From Psammoneis japonica (lineage: Eukaryota), in contig QPGO01000060.1 of assembly GCA_008632985.1 (NCBI GenBank), positions 124,001 through 188,000 on the forward strand: a DNA stretch of 64,000 bases, given 5' to 3'. Within the stretch, counting starts at the first letter, position 1. The number at the start of each line of letters is the position of its first letter. Below, in pieces: positions 35,097 to 47,899 of the stretch. The position numbers and the translations under genes were made by a program. A model generated the notes under the pieces. That model did no database searches and was not told where the DNA came from. It saw nothing but the letters and a program-made list of their open reading frames with translations.

Positions 35097-35532
35097 TTCG
35101 ACTTTATCCGCCTGCGCGCGACAGCGTGAATCATAATTTCAGAAAGGCGGTTGAGCTTTGAAATCGATGACGTCAGGCACGGGCATGCGCAAGGATATCG
35201 TAGGGTACGTAGAAACCATACGGAGAACACGTACGTACGTGTCAAAAAACGGAAACAAAGATCACGATATGGGTGGCCTCTTTTGACTTTGTCAGGTCCG
35301 AATAAATCCTGTCCGCCCATACGTTCAGCGTTTTTATCATCATATGGTTTACGTGTTAGAAAGATGTAGAATCTGTCCGTCGTGCCCAGAAAAACGAATA
35401 CGCACAGACGGACATACAGTCTCACTACAAATCCTACGTAAGATTCTTTGGACGTGACAGGTCCAAAGTCGTTTCACCGATCCCGAAGGCGGTGATGTTT
35501 GTGGAGGAGGATCGACATCACATAGATTGACC

Positions 35533-37217
35533 ATGAAGCTCTCTACAGCCGCCGCTTTCTTCTGCGTCGCCGCTTCGGCGTCCGCATTCACACCTGCTTC
35601 TCTTTCGTCTCAAAGGGTAAGTGGTACTTACAACAAAGAGTCTGACAAAGCTAATGGACGATAGAGTGCTTCTGGCCGATCAATGCGGGTCATCTTGCGT
35701 TGATAACTGCTGATGGTGCTTGATAACATCATGATTTGGTGATGGGCTGTTGCCGCTGGTATTGTGCTTCTTTGCTTAGTATCAGTTGTGGCTTTCTTTT
35801 CCTGATAATGCTTTTCCTCTGCACTGCCCAAATCTTCCTAGGCTGCTACTCGTTTGTTTTCGGACCCGAACCAAAATCCGTTTGCGAGTTATCAATCGAC
35901 CCATCCACCTCCAGCAGCACCGGCGGCTCCTGCTGCTCCTGCCGCACCGGCTGCCCCTGCTGCACCAGCGGCTCCTGCTGCCACTGGCGGAAACCCAAAC
36001 CCTCTAGGCGGGAAATCCCTGGAGTACACGGGAGGAGATGACCCCAACAACGCAAACTACGTGAAGCTCAGTGATGCTTTGCAGGAAGCCGACACGGAAC
36101 GCCGCAAGGCCAGAGAAGCTGCCGAGGCTCGTGAGAGAGCTGCCGAAATCAGGCGGGAAGAGCGTTTGAAGAAGATCGCGTACATGAAAGAAATGCCTGA
36201 TGATCAGCCTGCCGGAACTGGTAAGTCTAGGAGCTTGCTGTGAATCCACAACGTGCTTTGGTTTGAATTGTGATTCCACAACTCACACACAAATCCTTAC
36301 CTTGCTTTCCTCTTTTAGTCGATGAATTCATGTTCAAAGAGGGAGTCCAAGATCAGCTTGACAAGCTTGATGCTGATCTCGTTGGTCTTGTGCCTGTGAA
36401 GAAGCGTGTCAAGGAAATCGCTGCTCTTCTCGTCCTTGATAAGATGCGTCGCAAGCTTGGTTTCGAGACGGCTGTGCCTTCGCTCCACATGTGCTTCACT
36501 GGTGCTCCAGGAACGGGTAAGACTACTGTTGCTGTCAGGATGGGACAGATTCTTGCCAAGATGGGATACTCTCGCCGTGGACACGTTGTCCTTGCTACCC
36601 GTGATGATCTCGTGGGTCAGTACGTTGGTCACACCGCTCCCAAGACCAAGGAGATGATCAAAAAGGCCATGGGTGGCGTCTTGCTTGTTGATGAGGCTTA
36701 CTACCTCTACAACGCTGCTAACGACCGTGATTACGGACAGGAATCCATTGAGATTCTTCTTAACGTTATGGAGAACAACCAAGACGATCTCGTTGTCGCT
36801 GTTGCAGGTTACAAGGATCGCATGGACACCTTCTTCTCTTACATTCCTGGTATGATGTCTCGTATCGGTAACCACATTGACTTCCCCAACTACAAGCCTG
36901 ATGAGCTTGTGGCTATCGCGGGTGTCATGGCGTCGCAGTTGGAATATGACATTGACGCTGATGCGTTCCCGGTGTTCCAGAGGTACATTGAGGCCCGTAT
37001 GGAATTGCCTTACTTCTCCAATGCCCGTACTGTTCGTAACGCGATGGACCGCGCACGTATGAACTCCGCCATTCGTACCTTTGAGAGGTTTGCTATCAAT
37101 GGTGAAAACGGTGGCGTTTGCACTATTGATGACCTTAAGTCTATCAAGGCTGCTGACTTCCAAGTGCTGCTTGACGATATTCTGAATGCTGACACCGATA
37201 AGCGCATCTTTGCGTAG
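35533..37217 (+). CDS. cbbX: Nuclear-encoded, plastid-targeted CbbX (red-type Rubisco activase, AAA+)
   Basis: MKLSTAAAFFCVAASASAFTP gives an ASAF bipartite signal. Introns lie at 35617-35841 and 36221-36318. Motifs: LVGLVPVK, Walker A GAPGTGKT, LVGQYVGHTAPKT, Walker B LLVDEAY, NARTVRN. Confidence 0.95.
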
Positions 37218-37371
37218 GCGAGACCCGTTGTTCAATCTACATCATTATTTCAAGGCGAGGCGCAGAATACAGAAATTAAGTCAATAGAAGTAAAACCAAG
37301 TTGACACACTATTTCTCGTCGCAATCTCGTCCACACATAGTAGAGGCCAACAAAGCTTGTTTGCCCGTGTT

Positions 37372-39341
37372 TCATAGCTCTGTCTTCTCGTCCCATTCCT
37401 CAAGGCCGCCGTCATTCACATTGGGGCTCGTCCTACCACTTTTCTTGATCTGAGCAGCTTCGTTTGAAGAAGCTAGCAAAGGAGATCTACGACCCGACTC
37501 CCTCTTCGAATCGGTCCCAGAACTCCCCTTCTTCCACGACACTCTCGATGCAAGGGAAAACACATTGCGAGGATCGTACAATTTCTTGACCTCCTGGAGC
37601 TTCTTTCCGTTGCTGGCTGAAACATTGTAGTAGCCGGTTCCTTGCCTACCAGACTTGGTTACTTGATCCCGTAGTGACTCTGGATGAGTGGTGCTTCGAA
37701 CGTTCTCACATGCGTTGAGACTGTTCACTACGTTATTCACCCACTGAAGAACTTTCTCCTTTTCGTGCTGGTCTCGTTTGTCATTCTTGCTTTCCTCCCA
37801 TATTCCCTCAATGTGAATTACAAACGCCGCGTCTCGAGCACTAAATGCGACATTGTTCGGTGGAACTTTATTAATCTTGCCACCGCTACGGACACCAAGA
37901 CAAATACAGATGAAAGTGACTCGTGAGCGGGAGTAGTGATGCAGGAAACAAGGAGCCTTACTTGGAAAGAGTATACTTACAGAGCTGAAACACAAATCTG
38001 GCTCTGAGAATTGACCGAAGAACTTCCGCTCGTTGCCTTTGTAAGAATATCAATAATCTTATCCGTCATCGCCGTCACGTACTTGTATGCAATAATCACG
38101 TTCCCCGGCTTGAAAAAGGTGTCAGTCTTCTTTTCTAGCTCACAGTACGCCACCATTGCAAAGTTAACGTCTCGCAGCTTTGAGCTGATAGCACCAGTCT
38201 TCAAATCACAAAGCCCAGGAACCTGCTCCCATTTCATGGGAAGCCGATCGGAATCAAATTTTCGTCGTCGAAGGATGCCAACCCTGGTTTTGTTTGCTTG
38301 TTCCATGTCTCGGTACAGCTCAAGGTATCCCTCTGACTGCGGAACCGCTTCTGAATCGATAGACGATGCAATGAATGGCATAGACGACGACTTTGACTGT
38401 ATAAGGATTTGAGAAAAGACATCGTCAGGGGCTTTGTGTTTTTCGCCATTGATCCACTCGGCCCATTCCTTGATTGCTGCAAACCGCTTGTCTGCACCCC
38501 GGGACCAGAGACAACCAGTTACAAGAGCGGCATTGCGAATTGGGTACCCACGCAATGTGACAGACGTGACAACCCCAAGCCCACCTCCTCCTCCACATAG
38601 CGCCCATAAGAGATCTTGGCGGTTCCGTGGAGAGCAGCGCCTTACGGTCCCATCTGCGAGAACGACTTGAGCCGCAAGGACATTATCGCAGGATAAACCA
38701 TATTTTCGAGAAGCATATCCATATCCTCCGGCAAGGAGACATCCAACAACTCCCAAGTGTTGGTAGCTCCCTGTAACGCACATTAGACCAAACTCTGCTG
38801 CAACCCGATCCAAATCTTGAACCCGCGCACCGCCTTGGACGAGCAAAGTCTCAGCCTCGCGGTCGACCTTGACTCCTCGCATCAAACTTAGATCCAGGAT
38901 AATCGCTCCCTCTTTCATGGACGCCATGGACATTCGGCCATTAGCAATACAGAGACGAGGAATTCCCAAATCGTTTCCAGTCCTTCGATTTTCCGAGAGA
39001 CAACGTCGTACACCCGACGCATAACCACGAACGCACGAAGAAACATCACCCGAAGAACGCGGTTGCAGAATCAAACACGGGACACAAATCTGATTGTAAT
39101 TGTGAAGACTAAAGCGTTCCAATTCAAAGTCGTCCGATCCCGGGAAGAAAATTTTGAATCGTTGGCCTTCTTGTCTTTGTGCCTCAATTTGTTGGACAAA
39201 AATATCTTGCGACCTTTCACTGCCTCGAAACGAGTGATACATCGAAGGCGGCTTTGACGTGTGAGGCGCTTCCGCCTCAATCTCATGAGAATCCGAAGAA
39301 ACAACGACGTTTGCCATGATTGACAATTCACTCTGGTCCAC
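37372..39341 (-). CDS. FAD-binding oxidoreductase of the berberine-bridge/VAO family
   Basis: Motifs 'VQGGAR', 'GCLLAGGYGYASRKYGLSCDNV', 'DLLWALCGGGGGLGVVTS' and a C-terminal 'LQEVKKLYDPRNVF'. Intron at 37886-37980. Confidence 0.85.
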
Positions 39342-39863
39342 AGCGGCAACAGTAAGATGGCAGAAGCGACAAGCTTACGAAGTAGTTCCTTTAGAGTACC
39401 GGAGATTGCTTCCCGCTTTGAACTTGCGTTTTATTTTGACCCTTGAAGCCGGCATTTTTCGGTTTGGGTCAGTTGGGGCAGGTTGGGGTCAGTCCCGGGT
39501 CGGGTCATCTTCCGTACCACTTACAGACCTCCCAGTTGGGAGTGGGGTCGGGTCAGTTCGTGTGGAAAGGTCGCAGAGTGCGCGCGGCGCGCGGGCTACC
39601 TCTTCACCCCTGAATTGTTATTGGCCGTTTATTGTGAAAATACACATCTTAATTCGGGTATGTTTTGCATTTTTTAGGAAATATTTTATATATTCACACT
39701 TTTAGACGGTTGAAATTGCTGTTGTATCGAAAGAGAATGGTGAGGGGTGAGAGTTTGCAACACGCAACACGACGTACCGGTACACCACAATCGATCCACA
39801 ATGCCCATGGCGACGAAGAGCGAATCGTTGTTATCTCCACTCGTTGCATGTTAAGGCCAATCA

Positions 39864-42800
39864 ATGACTACTCACAACAGAAACCATGCGTTTGGGCACA
39901 AAAAGATCAGACCCAAAAAGCGTTCGAAAAAGAAACATACCAAATTATGGCCGGGCAGATCGCTGCATGTTCTCAACGGTCAGCGCGAAGAAAAAAAGAT
40001 GAAGGCACGAGAAGCAGATTCAAAGAATGAGATCAGTACTCCACCAATTATAGTATCAGGATCAAATGCTCGTCAACATGTTGAGTTTGTTTATCCACGA
40101 GGTAAAAATACAGAGCTCGTGCCGTTCAAGTTTGAGAGACCAAACGAAAAGATCAAAACAACAGATGAAGTTCAACATTCAGCAAAATCACCAAGGTTAA
40201 TAGACGATAAAAATTCCGAAGGAGTAATGACAAACGAAAGCATTGAAGACATTTTGTACAGCAAGAAAAAACCACAGGATCCCGCAGAGATGTCCGCTAC
40301 GAAGGAGATTAAGCGGCAACGTGTTTCTGAGGACAGACAACAAAAGCATGATGCAGAGCTAAGTGCATCCAAGTCGCACACACTGCCAGGTCAAACAAGT
40401 CAACAGTCAAAAACTTCTGCAAATCACTTGCATCGTTCCGCAACGCTTAAGGAAACGGACAGTTATGGTGGTCAGCTGTCGGGGTTATCGGTAGAAGATG
40501 CGGTACGCGACAAGTATGGTTCTCGCCCTCGAGCCAACTCTACGGACGGGGAACTTAACTTGCCTCGGCGAGGCTTATGCGACGAGCGCATGGTATTAGA
40601 GTCTCACAGGTGGAAACTTGACGGGAAAAAGCCTGCTCCAAAAGGATTATGTAACCTTGGCAACACTTGCTTTCTGAATGCAACTCTACAATGTCTCGCG
40701 TACCTACCTACATTTTGTCAGTGTCTGACAAAGTTACCGGCCAAGAGTAATGTTCCAAGAGGCAACGAGTTTAAGGGCCAAAAGTTAATGACGCATCTCA
40801 GTCATTTGTTGCGACAAATCCATTCCATGGATGGACATGGCAACGTGGGTCATGCGATCGCGCCAAGAGCCATTGTGAATGCCATTCCTTCGATTGGCGG
40901 AAAAAGCTACAAGTTTCGACCTGGAAGGCAAGAAGATGCCCACGAGTTTTTAGTTCATTTACTTGACACAATGAAAGATGGCGAACTCAAAGCTGCAGGT
41001 AAGAATTCGAACCCGCTTTATTCTCCTTTTTCTTGTATCCAAATCTTAAGTGCTCCCCTTCCCAAATTTGTTTGTTTCAAACCCAGGCGTCAACCAAAAT
41101 ATCAGTGGCTGGAGAGAAAGGCTTCCGATTCCTCGACTTGATGAAACCACCCTTATTCATAGAATATTCGGAGGATACCTGCGAAGTCAGATAAGTTGCA
41201 CATCGTGTGGTAACCGGAGCAACACGTACGATCCGTTCCTGGACCTTGCCCTGGAAGTGAGCAAGAAGTCATCCAACAGCGTGGCTTCGGCGTTTTCTGA
41301 GTTTACAAGGAAAGAAACACTGGACTCTGCAAATCGATGGAAGTGCTCGGGATGTAAACAGCACGTCTGCGCTTCCAAACAGCTGACTGTCTTTCGTCCC
41401 CCGCTTTCTCTCTGTATCCAGCTAAAGAGGTTTTCCTTTGGCGGTGGCTTTGGCGGATTCAGTTGGGAATTCGGTCACTATGGCGGACACTCGTCAGCCA
41501 GAGGTGGCTCAAAGATCACAAAGCCAATTGACTTCCCTTCAGAGCTGAAGCTTCCTCTAAGTGACGGACGAACGTGTGAATATAATTTGACCGGGATAAT
41601 CATACACGTTGGCGGCAGTGCGAGCTCTGGGCATTACACGGCATATGTTCGAAAGCCAAGTGGTCAAGGTGGTAACCAATGGTATCACATTGATGACTCC
41701 TTTGTTCAGGCCGTCTCGGAGAGGACTGTGCTTCAACAGAGACACGCCTATGTCCTGTTTTACTGTCGTAGAGAGGTCAAACTCGAATTTCCTTCGCCAC
41801 CACCCCGAGGATCCATGTCTGCGAGTGAAGCTAGACAATTGGGTGCATCAAGAGCTCGTGCACGGGCCGATAGTTTGACAAAAGAGAATGAGGCATTACG
41901 GGAGTTTCCTCAAAAGTCGGTAGCTTCTGAATCGACAACGACTGGACGAAGCGGCAACCCGAGAGAACCAATAGGGATTACTCGTTTTGTGGTTTCACAG
42001 GATTCATCCGAGTCTGATTCATCTTCCTCGTCTTCGAGTACTTCACCCGACTCTGAAAACTCTCCCAAGTCTTCTGATAAAGAAACGACGAAGGAAGTTG
42101 TAGCGACAACAGCGAGAGAAACTACAAGAAATGAAGGCGTTCAACCCCAATCTTCTGTAATGGACAAGGGCGAGGGAGGAACAACGCCAGCTGACGATGC
42201 CTCCACCACTTCTTCATCATCATCCTCGGATAGCAGCTCAGACAGCAGCTCTTCAGATGATGAGGACGAAGAGAAGCCATCACCATCTTCTTCAGAGAAT
42301 ATGAAGGCTATCAAGCCAGACAAGTCGCCAGCGGATGATGAAAGTAGTGAAAGAAGAGAAGCTGCCCTTCGAGACGGCGTAAAACAAAAAGTCGTTTTGG
42401 ACCAAGGTAGTCGTCGAGGGAAACTTGAAGTGATGCTCGGGCCTAGATCAAAGTCAAAAGCTTGGAAGCCTCAAGCCGTGGCTAGCAAGGTGGAAGACCA
42501 AAAAGAGCAGCAGCTTTTGGGGAATATTCGAGTTGGAAAATGGGATGACGACGATTCTCTCGAAGTGTCGGCGGCGGCGGCGCATGCAAACAGAGAAAAA
42601 GCAGTGAAACAGTTGAAGAAGAAAGAGAGGTCAAGGAAGCGAAGCATGCATCTGGATCGATGGGACGCAAAGTTGGACGAGGGAAAGAAGAAAAAAGTGA
42701 AATCTAAACAAAGCGAGACACTCATGGGGAATGTTGATCCTAGGAATAACCCCTACCACCGCATTCAGAGCAGCATTCAAAGAATGAATCGAGGTCGAGC

Positions 42801-42879
42801 AAAAGGATCTTTCCATCAAAAGGATAAATCGAACACGCCAAAGAGACCTGCATACCGTCATGCTTCAAGAAGAAGATAA
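39864..42879 (+). CDS. Ubiquitin-specific protease (C19, USP36/42-like)
   Basis: Cys box GLCNLGNTCFLNATLQCL, QEDAHEFL, and His box HVGGSASSGHY...DDS. Intron at 40999-41086; Ser-rich and basic C-terminal tail. Confidence 0.92.
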
Positions 42880-42958
42880 GGATACTAAGAACGCATTAAT
42901 TTCCTCTGAATATGCCCGACACTCGGTACAGAGAGTGCTATTATAACAAGGTCCTTCA

Positions 42959-45900
42959 CTAAGACAACTTTTCGAGGAGAGAAAAGACGTCTATCGCTTC
43001 ACTGGCTCGAGAAGAGCAAGACTTTTTGCGTGATTTCTGCATTGATAAGCACCTTGCTGAGAAGTCAGCCCCCAGAACGACATTACGCCACAAGAAGAGC
43101 CTGCTTTTCACTGCAAACTCTCGATCGCAATCTTGTGGTCCACTCGCAACGGTTTCGTCTTTGGTAGTACCCGGCACAAGATCGGAAACATGCCAACGTC
43201 TGCGCGCTTCGTCTTTCTCAAGGTCCTCCAGAAATTTCTTGTCGCGTTCAAAGCGTACCCTCGCATCTTCTCGTTCCTGTTTCTTTGTTTTCTTCTCGGC
43301 ACCATCTTCTAACTCCTTGCCCGCCAGGGTGCCTCGGCATTTTGCAGCACCGCATCTGCAGACAAACTTATCACCATCCCTTGTATCAAACTGGTAATCG
43401 TAACTTAGAAATTCGCCAGGAGCAATATTCCGACAGGATTTGATGACAACGTGCATGTACCCTCCGACATTGACTCGGACAAGTTTGCAGTTTGGATCAC
43501 AGGAATGATTAATAAATCGGCTCATGTTGGCCTCATTCCTCGCATCAATGTACCAGCCGGTGTCAAGATACATCACGTAGAAATTGGGGTCGTTTGGATG
43601 GTCTCTAGCCCATGCTTCAAGGCGTTTCTTCTTTGTTTCTTCGTCGATAACTTCACCCGTGTACTCCTGAATAAGTTCACCCTCTTTTGCGCCGTTGACG
43701 GCAACGAGCCCCCAGCCTTTTCCCTGTTCTCGCTGAGGCCTACATTTTGCAAACTTTCTCATGCCCAAACTGCGATTCCCACATTCGGGACCGAGATTGC
43801 AGTTTGAGTATGGATTCTTCACGCCACCGGACGTGCCAGAACCACCCGTACATTCCATCATCACCATTCGATTCAGACAGTGCTCGTCACAGGAAACTTT
43901 ACAGCGACAGGATTCACCACTGGGAGGGCGACGCTTTGGTCGGTTTGCCGGGTCATAACGAAGTCTATGCACTTGTCGATACGACGGTGGTTTAGAGTGG
44001 ACCTGATGGGGATACATAACGGGTTGCGTCAGAAACAAGGAAAATGAAAACCCGAGACATCCCGTACACAAATATGATAACGAGACTCTTACCTCCGCCT
44101 TGTAGCCACAAGGAAGGCAACAGTTCCAATCTGATGAACATTTGATCAACTCATCTGCGCTGAGCTGGTCGTGAAGCGTCTTCTCCTCAGGACTGGATAC
44201 GTCTCCTCTCACCCCCGGAAAGAACAAGTTTGGCCCGGCCTGTGCGGCCAATCTCTTGCGCTTTAGCTCCTCCTTGCGTTTGTTGCCACGTTCAATCTTG
44301 CTCAGTTTCTTATCGACATCGGCTTCGACTTGTCCCTGAAATGAGGACTCTACATCCAATTCGGGCAACCTCGACGTGCTGGCATGCTCATGGCAAAGGA
44401 GCGCAAGCTCGTGAAAGCGGGCAACGGGGGGAATACATGTAACGTGATAGGCAATTGGACATTCAAGACAAGGCTATTAAACGGCAATTGGTCGAAAGAG
44501 ACAAGTGTAAGACTCCCGACAAACAATTGAAACAACACATTTCAACAAAACAATACTTACATAGACTCGACCCTTCTTGGTAGCAAGCGCAGCCGACATG
44601 GAATTGGAGGATTTCTTCTTTTTCCGCCGCTTGCCTCCACGCTTCTGGGGTGGTTGTTGGTCTACGGCATCGTTCTCTTCTTCATCTGGCGGAATGTACT
44701 CCTCAGTACAAGTCCAACACTGGTGAGCCGGACATATGAATCGAGGCCTCGTTGCCACATGAGACAAATCGTCATCGGAAGGTGCGTCCTCGTCTTTGTT
44801 TGGAATTTCCACAAGATCGACTTGCACGTTGTACATGGTTAGACAAGATTCATGATAGAACCGACCACAATCGGGCTTGCTGCAGCAAAAGACATCGTGA
44901 TTGTCGACCCCATACTCTTGACACACGGTACACTGGTGCTGTCCTTGGATGCAATCGTTGCAAATCCATGGTGTATCCGAGGGTGGTACGCTTGCCAGTC
45001 CCGCGCAGGGATAGTGAAAGGGGCGTTGGCACTCTCCTTCACAAATAATCAAGGGTGAGTTCACGTCTTCCTGGCACTCGGCTTCTTTGCATTCAGTACA
45101 AATCCATACAAAATCTTCCTTGTTTTCCTCTGGTGGTTTATTATTTGCTTTCTTTCTCGATTTCTTGGGCTGCTGCTCGTCGGCTCGTCGTCGAGTTTCT
45201 TTTTTCTTGGGCTGCTTTTGCGATTCCGAGGCAATGCTGGGTGTCGAGACAACACTCTCTCTTCCCGATGATGACGCATGTGCTGCTGCATCATCCATAG
45301 TGACTGCCACTGGCTCATCGATTACCACCTTTTCTGAAAGGTCCATGGGCTCAACGTGTTGCGATGGCTGAGAAACTGCTACCGGTATTACAGCCTCTGG
45401 CTCAGTTTGATGGGTAACCAAATCTTGACCATTAACTTGTTCCTTGGATGGGTCCACCACTCGAAACCGTTTTGTATCTGGTAAATCATCCGGTGCCTCG
45501 TTTTTCTGTGAGTTCTTTTCGGTCGGCAAGGCTCGTTTTCTGGAAAGAGAAGTTGTTACCGGTACATCTTCTTCTTGCTCCTTATCCGCTGCTTCTTCTT
45601 CTTGCTCCGTATCATCCGCTTTTGCCATTTGCAATGCTTGTACAATTGCCTTGTGAGAATTACGCGGCACGACATGGCGAGCAATAGTCTCTTCCGGAGG
45701 AGTAATCAAAATCCATCGCGTGGTATGATACTCGGTGTAGGTTACACAAATTGCCTTTTCGCCGGGTCCAATTGTATAATGCGGTTTTTCATCCAGCGAC
45801 GTGTCCCCCAGTCCAACCGAGCTTCCCTCTTGAGCAATTTCTACAATTTTGGCACAATAGTGCTTGACAAACAACGAGTTGGTATTGCATTTTTCGTATT

Positions 45901-46312
45901 CATCCATATAATCCGGACAGTGCACCAAGTCCCCAGGCTCGAGTGACATTTGCCATTGCTGCAAAAAGCCCAATGCACGTTTCACAAGAGTCTTGTCGAG
46001 TGGTAGTACAGTGGTTTGGAGTACACGTTTCGTGGATTTGTCGACACGATGCTCATAGAGCAAGAGCGCTTCTGAAACTTTGGGTGCGTGTTGTTTTAGA
46101 AGCATAGCTTTTTCGTTCAACTTTGCATCGTGATTGCGTCGTCGAGACGACCCGCGTCGAGTACTATCATTCCAACGAGCTTGTGCCTTTTCTAGAGCTT
46201 GTTCAGCTTGATTCAATACGTGATTCAGGAGCTCTTCATTGCGTCTGTGCAGAGCATCGTCGTTGTCATTGGATGATGACATCATGTTTGTTTCTTCTGT
46301 CGTGCTTTGCAT
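42959..46312 (-). CDS. PHD-finger + AWS/SET/post-SET histone methyltransferase (NSD/ASH1-like, likely H3K36)
   Basis: PHD fingers (CTEC...CEGECQRPFHYPC...CNDC), AWS 'CLNR', SET 'KGWGL', 'RFINHSCDPNC', 'LSYDY' and post-SET CRCGAAKC. The gene is multi-exon and the start is uncertain. Confidence 0.88.
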
Positions 46313-46912
46313 GTTCAGAAAGAAGCACTCGATCAAAACTTGATGCACATACAAGCACACTTTTTCGTGTCAATAATAAGGAGAGTGTCAGCCACAGCAC
46401 ACACCAGCCAGGTCCAGGTCTCTTTAGGCTTTCCAATGCTGACACCAACCCACACACAACACAAAAATGAGGCACGCGACAACAGCGATCGCAACGCTCT
46501 GCCCTCTGCCCGTCGCGCCGCCGCACAAAGATTTTTCTTGGATTGCCGCGCGTCACGCATGCAAGATATCCATTTCACGTAGAACTACGTAGATCTCGTA
46601 CCAATTCCGTCCAAAAGCCGAAGAAAGATCGCGATCCGCCACCAAATCCATATGCTTTTCTGTAAGAATGACGTTTGCTAAAATGTCTCATCTGTGTAGA
46701 ATTCAGTACTTTTTCTACAGAGATTGAAGAAGAATCGGAGCCGCCACAAAAATAGCCAACGTAGAAACTGCGTACGCAATGTACGTGGCGGTTAAGTTTT
46801 GATGACATCATTTTCGAACTCATGAAAAACCCGCCAAAAGTGCAAACGAAATTTTGTCGTTAGTTTGCTCTCCTCGATCACACTTGCTCGCAGAAAAGCG
46901 TTCTTGATCACC

Positions 46913-47899
46913 ATGGTGCAAGTAATTCTCAACGTCCCCGCAGACAGCAACCACCACCACCGCCGCTCGATGGATGAGTGTGTTTGTAGTGGTCGTGATC
47001 ATGTACGTGCGCTTTGTCAGCAAGAATCAAACTACGGTCCTCTCGGAACAATAAACGTGGAGGGCGAGTGGAGACGAGAAATTTGCAGGTGGTGTTTTAC
47101 CGTAGTCGACCATTACGGCTTGAGTCGTCACGTGGTGGCGATTTCCTTGCAATACGTCGATCGATACATGGCTCGTACTACTCAACGTCAAGTGTCTACG
47201 GTTGAATATCAGCTATTGGCAGTCACGGCTCTCTATCTAGCGGTCAAGGTCCACGGAGAATCCGATTCGGGAGATCGACGCGTCTTTTTGATTCATGGCT
47301 TTGTCGATCTCTGTTCTCGACGATTCAGTCGATACGACTTGGAGCGGATGGAGATTCGTCTTTTGGAAAAGCTCGAGTGGAGGATGAATCCGCCCGTTCC
47401 AGCCATCTTTTTGGATTCTCTCAAGCACGTGTTTCCGGTGGAATTGCTTTCATGTGGAACCGCGCTGAATGGGGTTTTTGAAACCGCCAAGTACATCACC
47501 GAGTTGACCGTGTTTGAATCCGCCTTTACGAATCACTTCCAGCCCTCCGTCGTGGCCTTTGCGTCCATTGCGTTTTCCATGCTCGTCACGGACCCCAAGG
47601 TGATTCCTCAAGTTGCTCAGCGTGAGTTTTTCCACCGAGTTGCCCTCTTGACGGGACTCTTTCCCGAAACCGTCCAAGTCAAGCAAGCTCAAGACATGAT
47701 TGCCCGTCTTTATGAAGACAACGACATGACCACGGGCGGACTAGTACATGGTGGAACTGCTCTACAAGACGAGGATACTCTACAAGAGGATGATAACGTC
47801 CGTGGAAGCACCTCTCCGGTTTGCGTTCGTGCCGAGAGGCAAAAGGCCTACGAACAAGCCTCGAGCCAAGCCCCCAAGCGTATCCCAATGGACGACTAA
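46913..47899 (+). CDS. Cyclin (diatom-specific cyclin type)
   Basis: Cyclin box 'WRREICRWCFTVVDHY...YVDRY...QLLAVTALYLAVK...MEIRLLEKLEWRMNPP'. Confidence 0.88.
   Translation: MVQVILNVPADSNHHHRRSMDECVCSGRDHVRALCQQESNYGPLGTINVEGEWRREICRWCFTVVDHYGLSRHVVAISLQYVDRYMARTTQRQVSTVEYQLLAVTALYLAVKVHGESDSGDRRVFLIHGFVDLCSRRFSRYDLERMEIRLLEKLEWRMNPPVPAIFLDSLKHVFPVELLSCGTALNGVFETAKYITELTVFESAFTNHFQPSVVAFASIAFSMLVTDPKVIPQVAQREFFHRVALLTGLFPETVQVKQAQDMIARLYEDNDMTTGGLVHGGTALQDEDTLQEDDNVRGSTSPVCVRAERQKAYEQASSQAPKRIPMDD

Noticed and set aside
30797..47899. ISWI, USP, SET and cyclin as a functional cluster driving the hypermutation
   Set aside because: They are ordinary conserved eukaryotic genes. No deaminase or DNA methyltransferase domain was seen in the window, so the causal enzyme is not identified here.
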